Source of the DNA: Patescibacteria group bacterium
Lineage (GTDB): Bacteria; Patescibacteriota; Microgenomatia; UBA1406
Direction of reading: 5' to 3'
DNA: 64,000 bases
Assembly: GCA_041665145.1 (NCBI GenBank)
Contig: JBAYJK010000002.1
Location: forward strand, 40,339 to 104,338
In this document: positions 43,629 through 53,354 of the stretch, piece after piece
Layout: each line of letters opens with the position of its first letter
Numbering within the stretch: position 1 is the stretch's first letter
Position numbers and translations under genes: made by a program
The notes under the pieces: generated by a model
Told to the model about the DNA's origin: nothing
The model's database searches: none
The model's input: only the letters and a program-made list of their open reading frames with translations

Positions 43629-44195
43629 ATGGTCAAACGAAAAATAAGAGTTGGTTTTGATTTTGACGGAGTCCTCTTTTATAACCCGGCTCGCGTCATA
43701 CGCCCGTTCATCTATTTTTTTAAGCGACATGTATTGGGTATAAAAAAAACTAAATTCTACGTTCCCAAAAACGGTTTTTCGCAAACAATAGCGGCTTTGC
43801 TACACAAATCAAGTTTGATGCCCAATAAGGGATTTGATGATTTTCTCAGACTCGTGAACCACCCCGATTATGAAGTGTATATAATCACAGCCCGCTTAAG
43901 CTTTTTGAAAAATGATCTGGACAAGCTTCTGAAAAAATTTGACGTCACGAACATTAAAAAAATCATACAGAATATCGGTGACGAACAACCTCACACGTTT
44001 AAAGAACGCCTGATCAAAGAGCTTAAATTGGATTATTACGTTGAAGACAATTGGGATATTGTGAAACACCTGACGGAAAAAACAAATGCGACGGTCATTT
44101 GGATTCATAACCTGGTTGATTTGTTATTTATCAAACATCCTCACCACGGAGGAAACCTGAGGGAAGCGATCGATATTATCAAAAAGAAGTTGTAA
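43629..44195 (+). CDS. HAD-superfamily hydrolase-like protein
   Basis: N-terminal motif I VGFDFDGVL; 188 aa. Confidence 0.55.
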   Translation: MVKRKIRVGFDFDGVLFYNPARVIRPFIYFFKRHVLGIKKTKFYVPKNGFSQTIAALLHKSSLMPNKGFDDFLRLVNHPDYEVYIITARLSFLKNDLDKLLKKFDVTNIKKIIQNIGDEQPHTFKERLIKELKLDYYVEDNWDIVKHLTEKTNATVIWIHNLVDLLFIKHPHHGGNLREAIDIIKKKL

Positions 44196-44302
44196 GTCGT
44201 AAGGCGTAAGTTGTAATCAAGTTGCAACTGATGAAGTTGCAAGACTTACGGCTTTCAACTTTAGACTTTACTTCAACTTTCAGCTTACACCTTACGACTA
44301 AG
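44187..44302. repeat. TTACAAC/AAGTTGTAA-type word-repeat palindromic array
   Basis: agtcgtaaggcgtaag (44197-44212) pairs with cttacaccttacgact (44284-44299). The left arm is near-identical to 55639-55680. Confidence 0.8.
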
Positions 44303-44304
44303 TT

Positions 44305-44565
44305 TTATCCCTGGTCCTGCATTTGAAGAAGTTTTCGTGCGGCAATTTCCTGTGTTTTTTTGATAGCCTCGGCGAATGCTTCTGCAATACGGTTCTCTAA
44401 AACTCCGTCTACTTCAATCGATCGGACTTTCTGATCTCCGCTCATGACAATCTTAACGCCGTTACGTTCAATAGTAACTTCTTCCTGTGCGAGTGCATGT
44501 TGCATTGCCTGTGCTTTTTGCTGAAAATCTTTCAAATCACCCATTGCCTTAAAGGGATTAAACAT
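44305..44565 (-). CDS. ybaB: YbaB/EbfC family nucleoid-associated protein
   Basis: MFNPFKAMGDLKDFQQKAQAMQHALAQEEVTIERNGVKIVMSGDQKVRSIEVD. Start at the ATG at 44565. Confidence 0.85.
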   Translation of the reverse strand: MFNPFKAMGDLKDFQQKAQAMQHALAQEEVTIERNGVKIVMSGDQKVRSIEVDGVLENRIAEAFAEAIKKTQEIAARKLLQMQDQG

Positions 44566-44586
44566 GTGATACAATTTAAACTTGTA

Positions 44587-46278
44587 ATGAATAAGACGAT
44601 AAAAAGTATAACACATCACGCAAAAAAATGGTGGGTCGGTTTGCTTGCGGTTATCGCCATTGCACTCGTGTTACGCCTCATCGGACTTGATTGGGATGAG
44701 GGTCACTACCTCCACCCTGACGAACGGTTTTTGGTCATGGTCACCACTGCCTTATCCTGGCCGAAAACTTTGCTTTCATACTTTGATCCGCAAACTTCCC
44801 CACTGAATCCTTATAATCAGAATTACAGTTTTTTTGTATACGGACGATTCCCGTTGATTTTTACAAAGTTTGTCGCCACACTCGTCAACTTGGATAGCTA
44901 CTCCTATCTTCGATTTGTCGGCCGACCGTTAAGTGCACTTTTTGATACTTCAGTTGTACTTGCAATTTATTTTGCAGTAAAAAAGTTTTTGCAGCATTCA
45001 CCAAAGAAACATAAGGTGGCTCTCTACGGAGCACTCATGTATGCCGTGTTCGTCCTTCCCATCCAACAATCTCATTTTTATACGACAGACACCTTTGTCA
45101 CCGCATTTTTTGCATGGTCAATAACAGCGTTAATTTACAACCTTTGGGTTCCCGCCGGTGTGCTGTTCGGATTCGCAATGGCAAGCAAAATTAATGTTGT
45201 ATACGGTCTGCCGCTCATACTTGTCATGATTCTGTTGCAGGTGAAAAAAATCGGTTGGCAAAAAGCAATCTATAACTTGGTTATTTTTCTTGGGACCGCA
45301 TATACCACTTTACGATTTGCTGATCCGTATTTCTTCCAATCTGCCAACCTTTTACTCCCGTTTGTCAATAAACAGGTTCTGGCAAATATAAAAGAACTTC
45401 AGGCTTCGGCATCGCGGGAAGGATTCTATCCACCCGGAATACAATGGCAAACAAAGCAATTTTGGTTCGGCCTGCAAAACATGTTTTTCTTCGGTATCGG
45501 TCCGGTTTTTTTTCTGTTGGCGACTCTCTCACTTTCAAAATTGCGACGTCGCTTCAGATTTACCCACGACAATTTCATTATAACCGCGGTCGTCATCTGG
45601 GTTGCCGGGATGTTTTTGTATCAAAGCTTTCAAATCGTCAATTCGATGCGTTATTTTTTCCTCTTGTATCCCTTTTTTGCTGTCGGTGCAGGATATACTC
45701 TTTCACTGATTACGAGTCGAAGAATACGAGCCGGAATATTTTTTATCGGCTTCATATGGACTGCCGCATTCGTTCATATCTACACCGTTCCCCATTCACG
45801 GGTTACAGCGTCTGTGTGGATGCACCACAACTTCCCTGACCTCAGTACTTTCGCATGGGAAAACTGGGATGACCCGTTGCCGTTACAGCTTCCGAATTCG
45901 ACAAAAACATTCCGTGGTATAGCGCTGGATGTTTTTTGGCCGGAAAGCAAACTCAAGTGGGAAACAATCGCAAAGAAACTTGAGTATTCAGATTACCTCG
46001 TGTTATCCAGTAACCGCGCATGGGGCAGTATTCCCACTTCCCCACACTATCCGGTAGGAAAACGGTATTATGAATTGCTTTTCGCCGGAAAATTGGGATA
46101 TAAAAAAATCGCGGAATTTACCAGTTATCCGACTCTTGACTTCGGAATATTCAGCATTAAATTTCCTGACGACTGGTCGGAAGAAGCGTTTACCGTCTAT
46201 GATCACCCCAAGGTTATCGTTTTCCAAAAAGAACCAAATTTTACCGCTCGACAATTCATACTGAAACTAGAACAATGA
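44587..46278 (+). CDS. GT-C fold membrane glycosyltransferase (GT39/ArnT-like)
   Basis: About 560 aa with more than 10 TM segments and a first-loop motif YLHPDERFLV. Start at the ATG at 44587. Confidence 0.65.
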   Translation: MNKTIKSITHHAKKWWVGLLAVIAIALVLRLIGLDWDEGHYLHPDERFLVMVTTALSWPKTLLSYFDPQTSPLNPYNQNYSFFVYGRFPLIFTKFVATLVNLDSYSYLRFVGRPLSALFDTSVVLAIYFAVKKFLQHSPKKHKVALYGALMYAVFVLPIQQSHFYTTDTFVTAFFAWSITALIYNLWVPAGVLFGFAMASKINVVYGLPLILVMILLQVKKIGWQKAIYNLVIFLGTAYTTLRFADPYFFQSANLLLPFVNKQVLANIKELQASASREGFYPPGIQWQTKQFWFGLQNMFFFGIGPVFFLLATLSLSKLRRRFRFTHDNFIITAVVIWVAGMFLYQSFQIVNSMRYFFLLYPFFAVGAGYTLSLITSRRIRAGIFFIGFIWTAAFVHIYTVPHSRVTASVWMHHNFPDLSTFAWENWDDPLPLQLPNSTKTFRGIALDVFWPESKLKWETIAKKLEYSDYLVLSSNRAWGSIPTSPHYPVGKRYYELLFAGKLGYKKIAEFTSYPTLDFGIFSIKFPDDWSEEAFTVYDHPKVIVFQKEPNFTARQFILKLEQ

Positions 46279-46946
46279 AACTTAAATCCGCTATTCCCTA
46301 CTATATTTCGTCGGTTGTGACGCTTTTAAAAGAAATCAGAAACCGGCACATGATCCCGTTTTTGCTGTTTAAAAAACCGGTCCGTATTATGTTACATAAT
46401 GGCATGAGGTTTGATCTGTTTTCATTTGCCGATTTGTGGACACTTAAAGAGGTTGCTATCGACAAGTGTTACGAACAATACAGGGGCATCGGTAAGAATT
46501 GGATTATTGTTGATATGGGGGCTGGCTTCGGTGATTTCTCCATTATGAACAGCTTTAAATCCAAAAAAATTGTTTCCTGCGAAATTAATCCGCAGACTGT
46601 GCAGCGTTTACGAAACAACATTGCGATTAATCGGGCACCAAACATTGAGATTGCGCCCGTCGGTGCTCATAAGTTACAGGAGCTTTTCCAAACATACAAA
46701 ATCAACTCCTGCGACTTATTGAAAATTGATTGTGAGGGGTGCGAGTATCCGTTACTGTTTACTGCCTCCTCCGACGTACTTAAAAAAGTTAGGACAATTG
46801 TTATGGAATACCATACCTTTGATGAGAGCATGCGAAAACAATTTACGAAGATGATTGCACTACTCAAAAAAGAACATTTCACGGTCACCTATCAAGAGAA
46901 CCCGGTACACACCACATTTGGCATTTTGTTCGCTACCCGAAAATAA
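46275..46946 (+). CDS. FkbM-family methyltransferase
   Basis: IVDMGAGFGDFSI, CEINPQTVQRLRNNI, LLKIDCEGCEYPLL. 4-nt overlap with the upstream GT-C gene. Confidence 0.8.
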   Translation: MKLKSAIPYYISSVVTLLKEIRNRHMIPFLLFKKPVRIMLHNGMRFDLFSFADLWTLKEVAIDKCYEQYRGIGKNWIIVDMGAGFGDFSIMNSFKSKKIVSCEINPQTVQRLRNNIAINRAPNIEIAPVGAHKLQELFQTYKINSCDLLKIDCEGCEYPLLFTASSDVLKKVRTIVMEYHTFDESMRKQFTKMIALLKKEHFTVTYQENPVHTTFGILFATRK

Positions 46947-46961
46947 GCCCAACTCGCTCCA

Positions 46962-48650
46962 TTATTTGATGAACCACACCAAATCATGCAAAGTCCACCT
47001 ACCGTTTTTATCCCAGTCAACCGGCCATAAAGTTTTCATTTTCACTGAATTTATTTTTTGCCCTGCAACCACAAATTCCTGTCTCGGCAGATTAAATTGC
47101 TTTAATAAAACAATGCGATATTTCTCACCCACCGCAAGATTCTTGACTTTTTTGAGAAGAATCTCCCCATTATCGCCGGTTATCCCTGATTTTTTGTAAA
47201 CCAAGTGTTCTTGCGGATCGTATATCTCAACCTGAAAACCTGTTTTGCTTTGCAGCACGCCCAACCCCAATGAATAGTGAATTGCGATATCAATGTTTGG
47301 AATTACTTTCATTTGCCATTCCCATGTGCTTTGTGCTTTGCCGTTGTGCAGTAGGGCTATCTGCATCGGATACGATCCGATTGTTTCAGGGGTCTGAATC
47401 GTAAATGAAACATCCTTTTGGACGCCGGGTTCCGTTTCCAAAATTACCGGGAAAAAGTACTTGAATTCATAATCAGATACAAGCGCAAACTCATCGCCCT
47501 GTTCGATATCCCAAATAGTTTGCCCGGTATTTCTGATTTTAAGCAACATATTGAATCGTGAATCCGCACCGAGTTGAGTTGGAAGAAAACTCGTTATTTC
47601 GAATTTAGATACACGCTCCGGTTCTCCGCTGACTTTCGGAATATCTGCAACGGTTTCAAAAGATTTATAGTACTCGGAGCTTTCAAACTTCCGTAGCGAG
47701 AAACCCAGAAACGGATGACCCTGATAATTAAGAATAAACGGAGTAACCACTACAACGCGCTTATCTGGTAACCAAACCGATTCGTATGCTATTCTATAAT
47801 TTTCTGCGACTCTCTCTTCATCCATACTGCCCTTTCTATCCCACCCGGTTTCAGTTATAAATACGGGAAGTTTTTTGGAGACCCCTAATTCTGAAAGATA
47901 CGAAAGCTCCCATTCATAACCCCGGATTGTCCCTTTTCCCTCGTCGTAGGGACTACCGACAAATCCCGGATTCGGATAACTGTGGGAGGACCACCCGTCA
48001 ACGAGAGCAAACAGGTCCTTTTCGTTGTCTGCAAGATGGCGTGACATGCGGGAAAGAAAACTCCGTTCATCAAAATATTGAGGAGGTGCAAGCGGTGCCG
48101 CCTGATCAAAACCCGCAAGCATAATATAGAAATCCGGGTGCGCTTTTTTTAGTGCAGATGCGAATGAGTAAGCGACATCGGCATATTCTTCAGGATTTGC
48201 TTCTCCGCCCCATTCCGTCGCATGGTTCGGCTCGTTAAATAAAATAACATATCTGTTTTTGACTACCCAGTTGAGCTTATTGAGAAATTCTGCCCACCCA
48301 GCCGCTTGTTCCATAGTCGGTTTCCGCCAATTTCCCCCATCAGGTTCAGTTGCAATACGGATGATGGGGATGAGACGCAGCTTGCGCATCTTGTTAAAAA
48401 CATCCTGCCATTTTCCGATTTCCCTGTCGTTTTGTTGAATGGTGACGGTAACATACCCCCAATTACCGCCTGACGAGTTCACAAGCTTCGCGGCATCAGT
48501 TATATCCTGCTCATCGGCTGTCGCGATATGAATGCCGAATTTATTATTAGAAACTGCTGTTGGGTCGGAAATAGCATATGCTTGTAGACTGTAGACTGTA
48601 GCCAGGAGGCTGTAAAAAATAAGCACAAAAAACAATGGGTAAATTCTCAT
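46962..48650 (-). CDS. secreted glycoside-hydrolase-like protein (TIM-barrel, GH5/GH39-like NEP motif) with C-terminal beta-rich domains
   Basis: Signal peptide MRIYPLFFVLIFYSLLATVYSLQAYA. YVILFNEPNHATEWGG. Confidence 0.55.
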   Translation of the reverse strand: MRIYPLFFVLIFYSLLATVYSLQAYAISDPTAVSNNKFGIHIATADEQDITDAAKLVNSSGGNWGYVTVTIQQNDREIGKWQDVFNKMRKLRLIPIIRIATEPDGGNWRKPTMEQAAGWAEFLNKLNWVVKNRYVILFNEPNHATEWGGEANPEEYADVAYSFASALKKAHPDFYIMLAGFDQAAPLAPPQYFDERSFLSRMSRHLADNEKDLFALVDGWSSHSYPNPGFVGSPYDEGKGTIRGYEWELSYLSELGVSKKLPVFITETGWDRKGSMDEERVAENYRIAYESVWLPDKRVVVVTPFILNYQGHPFLGFSLRKFESSEYYKSFETVADIPKVSGEPERVSKFEITSFLPTQLGADSRFNMLLKIRNTGQTIWDIEQGDEFALVSDYEFKYFFPVILETEPGVQKDVSFTIQTPETIGSYPMQIALLHNGKAQSTWEWQMKVIPNIDIAIHYSLGLGVLQSKTGFQVEIYDPQEHLVYKKSGITGDNGEILLKKVKNLAVGEKYRIVLLKQFNLPRQEFVVAGQKINSVKMKTLWPVDWDKNGRWTLHDLVWFIK

Positions 48651-48851
48651 GGAGGTATTGTACCGAAATCTAGCGAAATTGTTAGATTGTTAAATTGCTA
48701 TATTGCCAAATACCGGGTTGCGAAGGCAATTGTTTTCGGCGACTTGGGAGGGAGCCGTTCTCGGGAGGGGTCCCACGGAGCGTAGAAAACAAGTTGACGA
48801 GCAACACAGTAAAAATACTACATATGATCGAGAAGCGTGTAGAATACGAAT

Positions 48852-49223
48852 ATGAAATATGAAATTGCCCCGGAAATAAAGAAACAAGTTGATATTTTAA
48901 TCGACAAACTCGGATTTGACCATGTTATACCCGAACGCATTTATTGCATCCGCAGTTTCGACGCTCAAACCCGCGCAATTGCCCGCATCTGGGGCATGGC
49001 CAAACTGTTTACCGAGGTCGTAGGCATTCCTCCCCACTACATTATCGAAGTAAATTCCAAGCGGTTCGACAAGCTTCATCCCCGCGACAAAATGAAAACA
49101 CTGGTGCACGAATTAATGCATATCCCCAAGACATTCTCGGGCGCGCTCCTGTCACATCGTGGCCCCCATCACAGGATTAATGACAAAGAGGTGGAAAAAA
49201 TTCTCAGAGAGATCGAGAAATAA
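48852..49223 (+). CDS. small putative zinc metallopeptidase (HExxH)
   Basis: 123 aa. LVHELMHIPKTFSG...HRGPHH. TAGAAT lies 6 nt before the ATG. Confidence 0.55.
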   Translation: MKYEIAPEIKKQVDILIDKLGFDHVIPERIYCIRSFDAQTRAIARIWGMAKLFTEVVGIPPHYIIEVNSKRFDKLHPRDKMKTLVHELMHIPKTFSGALLSHRGPHHRINDKEVEKILREIEK

Positions 49224-49246
49224 GCACATTTTGTTATACTGTTTTT

Positions 49247-51910
49247 ATGGAAGAAACAGTAGATCTGGAAACAGTTTCTCAACACAAGAAAGAACTTCCT
49301 ACTTACCTTCATACTCCGGTAGTAGATAAACCGCAGGTTCGTGATTTCAAAATTTCGCAGGAGCTCGGGCCGGTCGATTGGAATGCGCTTTTTGGAACAA
49401 AAGCTCGTTTCGAAGAAGTCTCGCGGCACGTAGAACGCATCAGACGGGTGCGGGCCTCAGAAGGTGTCGATGTTAATTTTCTTGATCGGGCATTCGAATC
49501 TCCACAGGAACGGAAAGTTCCGGGTACCGAAACAGTTTATTACTACTATAAAATGCCCCTTGAAACGTTAATGCAAATACTCGGTAAAGAGACAGACAAA
49601 CTTGCTGCATTTGCCCAATACCGGCTCAAAGAATACAACGTAGAGCCTCCGGTTATTGCTTTTGCCGTCCGTTCACAAGAAGTAACCGCGGACGAGCATC
49701 GGAAACCATTTCAAGATTTTGGATCGGTAGCGGTCACTGCTGGGTGGACCGGTAATACTTTTGAAATGGTTGATATACATAAAAACGGGAACGGTACAAC
49801 AATGCTGGATGATCTTATTGAATCAAGCGGACGTGGTCATGGATCTGTATTTGTACTTCCTTCACTCCATTTTGAAGGAGCATACAATTCCAAAAAAATC
49901 ACCGATCTACCGAATAAGGAATTGTTTAACAGCGGGCGCGCAGCTATGTTTTACGAAGACATGCTTTCGATACTCGGAATCAATAATTTTATCGGACACT
50001 CGCGAGGGGGAGATGTGGCTGCACTACTTCAAGCAAAATACCCCTCTCTTAACTGCCTAGCCCTCATGCCTGCATCAGATATGGAAGCACGAAGTCATAT
50101 GAGCAACGGGTTCGGCGGACTTAAACTGTTGACCACGCTGGGGCAAATTCCCCTCATTGGTGACAGGACTCCGGATTTCAATGCGCTTCTTGGAAAGACA
50201 CTGACTGAATTACTTGTCAGGGACGGAGTTCTCAGTCAAGATATTGTAGATAAGCTTGCACATGCACATCGGGAAGTTATTGTAAGAGCCGCAAACGACG
50301 CGATAACCGATGTTATTGGTTTATTGGGCGAAGGTTACCGGGACGGGTGGAAAGATATTGAATACAGCTCCGGATTGCCTCCAGTAATTGCGTTAGGAAA
50401 AGCAGACGCTTTGTCTATTTATGCAACAGTAAAACAACATTTTGACAATCGTTTCGCATATCTTAAAAACCGTATTCAGGCATCGTGTATGCCGATGACC
50501 GCAGATGAAGTGATACAGGAATTACAGAGTCAGTTAGTAATTGAATTTGAGAACGCCGGACATTATTCGTTTGAGGACCCTAACGAACGGAAAGAAATAC
50601 TCAACCGCTGGTGGAATACGCTTGAGAAAACCAAGATAACACATGAGGATTTAGCTCTTGTTCATGACATACGACAACGCATTATGGGTAGTTCTCCACA
50701 ATCTAAACTTACATTCCGCATAGTTCCTGAAAGTCATATACCCCGTAATCACTCACTTAATATGCGATTTGATAAGTCAGACGGAAGCAAAACAACCGTT
50801 GTAACGGTTACCGCATATGAGTATGAGAAAATACGCCGCGTCGCAGAACAATTCGGATTTGATACCCTGCTCACACAAACTCAGGTAAACGAGAAACAAT
50901 TTGCAACCGCGAGTGGATTTACTGAAGAACTTACAGACATGAGTTCGGACCTATTCAAGCAAGGAACTACTGAGACAGTACTTGAACACGAATGGCACAC
51001 ATCAACCGCTGGCGCGGAGTTCAGTCAAAGACATACGGATCTTACAACCAAACTCCTTCAGCCCGCAGAAGTGCTCTATATGCAATTAGGAGAAATTATG
51101 CCGGAAACCGTTCGCAGGCGTTTGGCAACAATTGCCTATGTGCACATGCACGAAAAACACATTATTAACATAATTGCAGAAAACTCCAGCAAACAATTTC
51201 CCACCTACACCGAAGCATATACAGATCAAAAACAAGCGATAACTACCCTCCTCCAATCACATTTTCCGGCTATGCAACAAACACTCATTGCTTCATTGCA
51301 AAAAAGAGACATTACGTATTTCGAATCACAGGCTTCACGATGGTTCGAGCGATTTGAAAAGGAACTTGCAGACGGAAAAACAACGTACGAAGACGTTGTT
51401 CACCTTATGACTGGAGAGTTTGTACATTTTGTTCATACTCCGCTTCGGTCCCGCGCTGCAGGCCTACCGCCTTTGGTAGCAGATCAAGCAGCAGCATTTG
51501 TAAGCAACAAAATAACCGGCGGCTTACTGCTGAACGAATTCTTCAAACTATCTGATATTTCCGAAGTTGGCCGCTTTGTTGATAGGAAACGAATATTAGC
51601 ATTCAGTTCACGGTATACGCCATATCAACCTGTTGACGTTCACACAGCATTGCTTACAAAGCTTGCTCCGTTTGCTGAAAATCTGATGAACCGAATGATG
51701 TACGAAAAAATGTCGCTTCCTGTTCCGGAAAACAACGGGCAAATCCTGAATCCCGATTGGAAAAAGATTATCGTTGAGATTTCGCAAAATGATCCGCGAC
51801 TACAGCAAGCGCTGGCTGACACGGACCTTTCACACGTCCTTCTGGGAAAGCTTTCCGATCTCACCAACGAGTTAGTAACTCAATACGCCCGGTCGGTCGA
51901 ACTTATTTAA
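49247..51910 (+). CDS. large orphan protein with an alpha/beta-hydrolase-like nucleophile elbow (GHSRGG) and a long helical C-terminal half
   Basis: 887 aa with no TM. FIGHSRGGDVAALL fits GxSxG. TGtTATACT lies 6 nt before the ATG. Confidence 0.55.
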   Translation: MEETVDLETVSQHKKELPTYLHTPVVDKPQVRDFKISQELGPVDWNALFGTKARFEEVSRHVERIRRVRASEGVDVNFLDRAFESPQERKVPGTETVYYYYKMPLETLMQILGKETDKLAAFAQYRLKEYNVEPPVIAFAVRSQEVTADEHRKPFQDFGSVAVTAGWTGNTFEMVDIHKNGNGTTMLDDLIESSGRGHGSVFVLPSLHFEGAYNSKKITDLPNKELFNSGRAAMFYEDMLSILGINNFIGHSRGGDVAALLQAKYPSLNCLALMPASDMEARSHMSNGFGGLKLLTTLGQIPLIGDRTPDFNALLGKTLTELLVRDGVLSQDIVDKLAHAHREVIVRAANDAITDVIGLLGEGYRDGWKDIEYSSGLPPVIALGKADALSIYATVKQHFDNRFAYLKNRIQASCMPMTADEVIQELQSQLVIEFENAGHYSFEDPNERKEILNRWWNTLEKTKITHEDLALVHDIRQRIMGSSPQSKLTFRIVPESHIPRNHSLNMRFDKSDGSKTTVVTVTAYEYEKIRRVAEQFGFDTLLTQTQVNEKQFATASGFTEELTDMSSDLFKQGTTETVLEHEWHTSTAGAEFSQRHTDLTTKLLQPAEVLYMQLGEIMPETVRRRLATIAYVHMHEKHIINIIAENSSKQFPTYTEAYTDQKQAITTLLQSHFPAMQQTLIASLQKRDITYFESQASRWFERFEKELADGKTTYEDVVHLMTGEFVHFVHTPLRSRAAGLPPLVADQAAAFVSNKITGGLLLNEFFKLSDISEVGRFVDRKRILAFSSRYTPYQPVDVHTALLTKLAPFAENLMNRMMYEKMSLPVPENNGQILNPDWKKIIVEISQNDPRLQQALADTDLSHVLLGKLSDLTNELVTQYARSVELI

Positions 51911-51912
51911 CC

Positions 51913-53328
51913 TTACTGTTCCTTTCGTTCAATTTCAACAGAAAATACCGAGTTCGGTGGCATGATTAAATTCCGGGAAAGCTGATTATTCTGAACGGTT
52001 ACTGCCTCAGTTACCGCATCATTTAGCAAATCCGTAGTGGTGACACTGTACGACCCATTGTCTAAATTGGTCACCTGAAACGGGACGTTTTCTGTATTCG
52101 CTTGCTGGGTATCGTAGTTCACCAGAACGAGTGAAACAACGTTTGGTGCTGTGGAAGCTATTGCTTTCACATAGGTACCCTCGCCGTTTACTGCTAACCG
52201 GTACTTGCTCAGTTTATTGAGCAGTAACAATGCATAATACCGAGGCTTTCTTACTCCATCATGCGTTAACACTCCCCAACTGGGGTTCAAGCCGTCCTTT
52301 ACTTCAAAGGTAAACGCGTGTTCAACTTGCTGTTCAATGAGACTGCGGATCGCCGCAATAGTATGTGCAGCTCCCACGTTCGTGTCTGCAATACTATTGA
52401 CATCCGAGTCGTATCCCCATTCCGAAATAACCTTCGGCAACGTTCGGAAACGTGCGAATTCCGCTCCCCGCATCCATGAGTCAACATTAATGACATCCTG
52501 AGAGAAATCGTCCGGATTTTTGGAATAATGATGCCAGGAAATAAAATCAAGCCGCAAGTTTTGTTGGTTGACGTACCGCAATAACCCCTGAAGCCACGAT
52601 GCGTACGGTCGCGTCGTGGTCGGACCACCGAGAAAAAAATTATTTACTTCGGCGGCTCGAGTCGCTCCTTGAGACGAGTAAAAGTATAATAGTTTATAAT
52701 CTTTGCCGCCGTAAATATTCCACTTTCCGAATCCCTCAAGATCCGGTTCATTCCACACTTCGTAATAAATATCCTTCAGCCAATCTCCATAAATTCCCCC
52801 GCATAAACGGGTATTTTTTCCGGAGTATCGCTCAACAGTTTTTTGCACCAACAACGACCATTCGTTCCAATCTTTGGGAACACCGATGAGCGAACCGTCT
52901 GCAGCCATGGTGGGAGGCATATATCCGAGTGAAAAATAAGGCCTCGCTCCGGTCCGGTAAATATCGCAGACCGTCATATCCAGTTTGCTCCAATCAAATT
53001 GCACGGCTCCGGCGGAGTTGCGCGATACAACTTCATAGAAGTCATACATATGATCAATTCGGATGTAACGGGGAGCAAGCAAGCGGACATCCCCAACAAC
53101 AGCATCAAACATTCGGACACCCGATTCTTCTCCACCCTGTGCGAGATCCTTCCAATTTTTCGGCATGAGACCGATATACTTTTTGGCATCTACAACAAGA
53201 TTTGCTTTAACAGCAGCGGCTTTGGGACTAAATGAAATTAATTTTCCAGAAGAAAGTGTCAGTACTAAAATCAGGATTCCGACCAATACGAGTGGAACGA
53301 GAGTCTTGACTCCAATGTGTTTCCCCAT
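51913..53328 (-). CDS. membrane-anchored glycoside hydrolase-like protein (GH39/GH5-like)
   Basis: N-terminal anchor LVPLVLVGILILVLTL. YYEVWNEPDLEGFGKW, ISEWGYD. Confidence 0.6.
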   Translation of the reverse strand: MGKHIGVKTLVPLVLVGILILVLTLSSGKLISFSPKAAAVKANLVVDAKKYIGLMPKNWKDLAQGGEESGVRMFDAVVGDVRLLAPRYIRIDHMYDFYEVVSRNSAGAVQFDWSKLDMTVCDIYRTGARPYFSLGYMPPTMAADGSLIGVPKDWNEWSLLVQKTVERYSGKNTRLCGGIYGDWLKDIYYEVWNEPDLEGFGKWNIYGGKDYKLLYFYSSQGATRAAEVNNFFLGGPTTTRPYASWLQGLLRYVNQQNLRLDFISWHHYSKNPDDFSQDVINVDSWMRGAEFARFRTLPKVISEWGYDSDVNSIADTNVGAAHTIAAIRSLIEQQVEHAFTFEVKDGLNPSWGVLTHDGVRKPRYYALLLLNKLSKYRLAVNGEGTYVKAIASTAPNVVSLVLVNYDTQQANTENVPFQVTNLDNGSYSVTTTDLLNDAVTEAVTVQNNQLSRNLIMPPNSVFSVEIERKEQ

Positions 53329-53354
53329 ATACGGTCATTCTAGCATACACTTCA

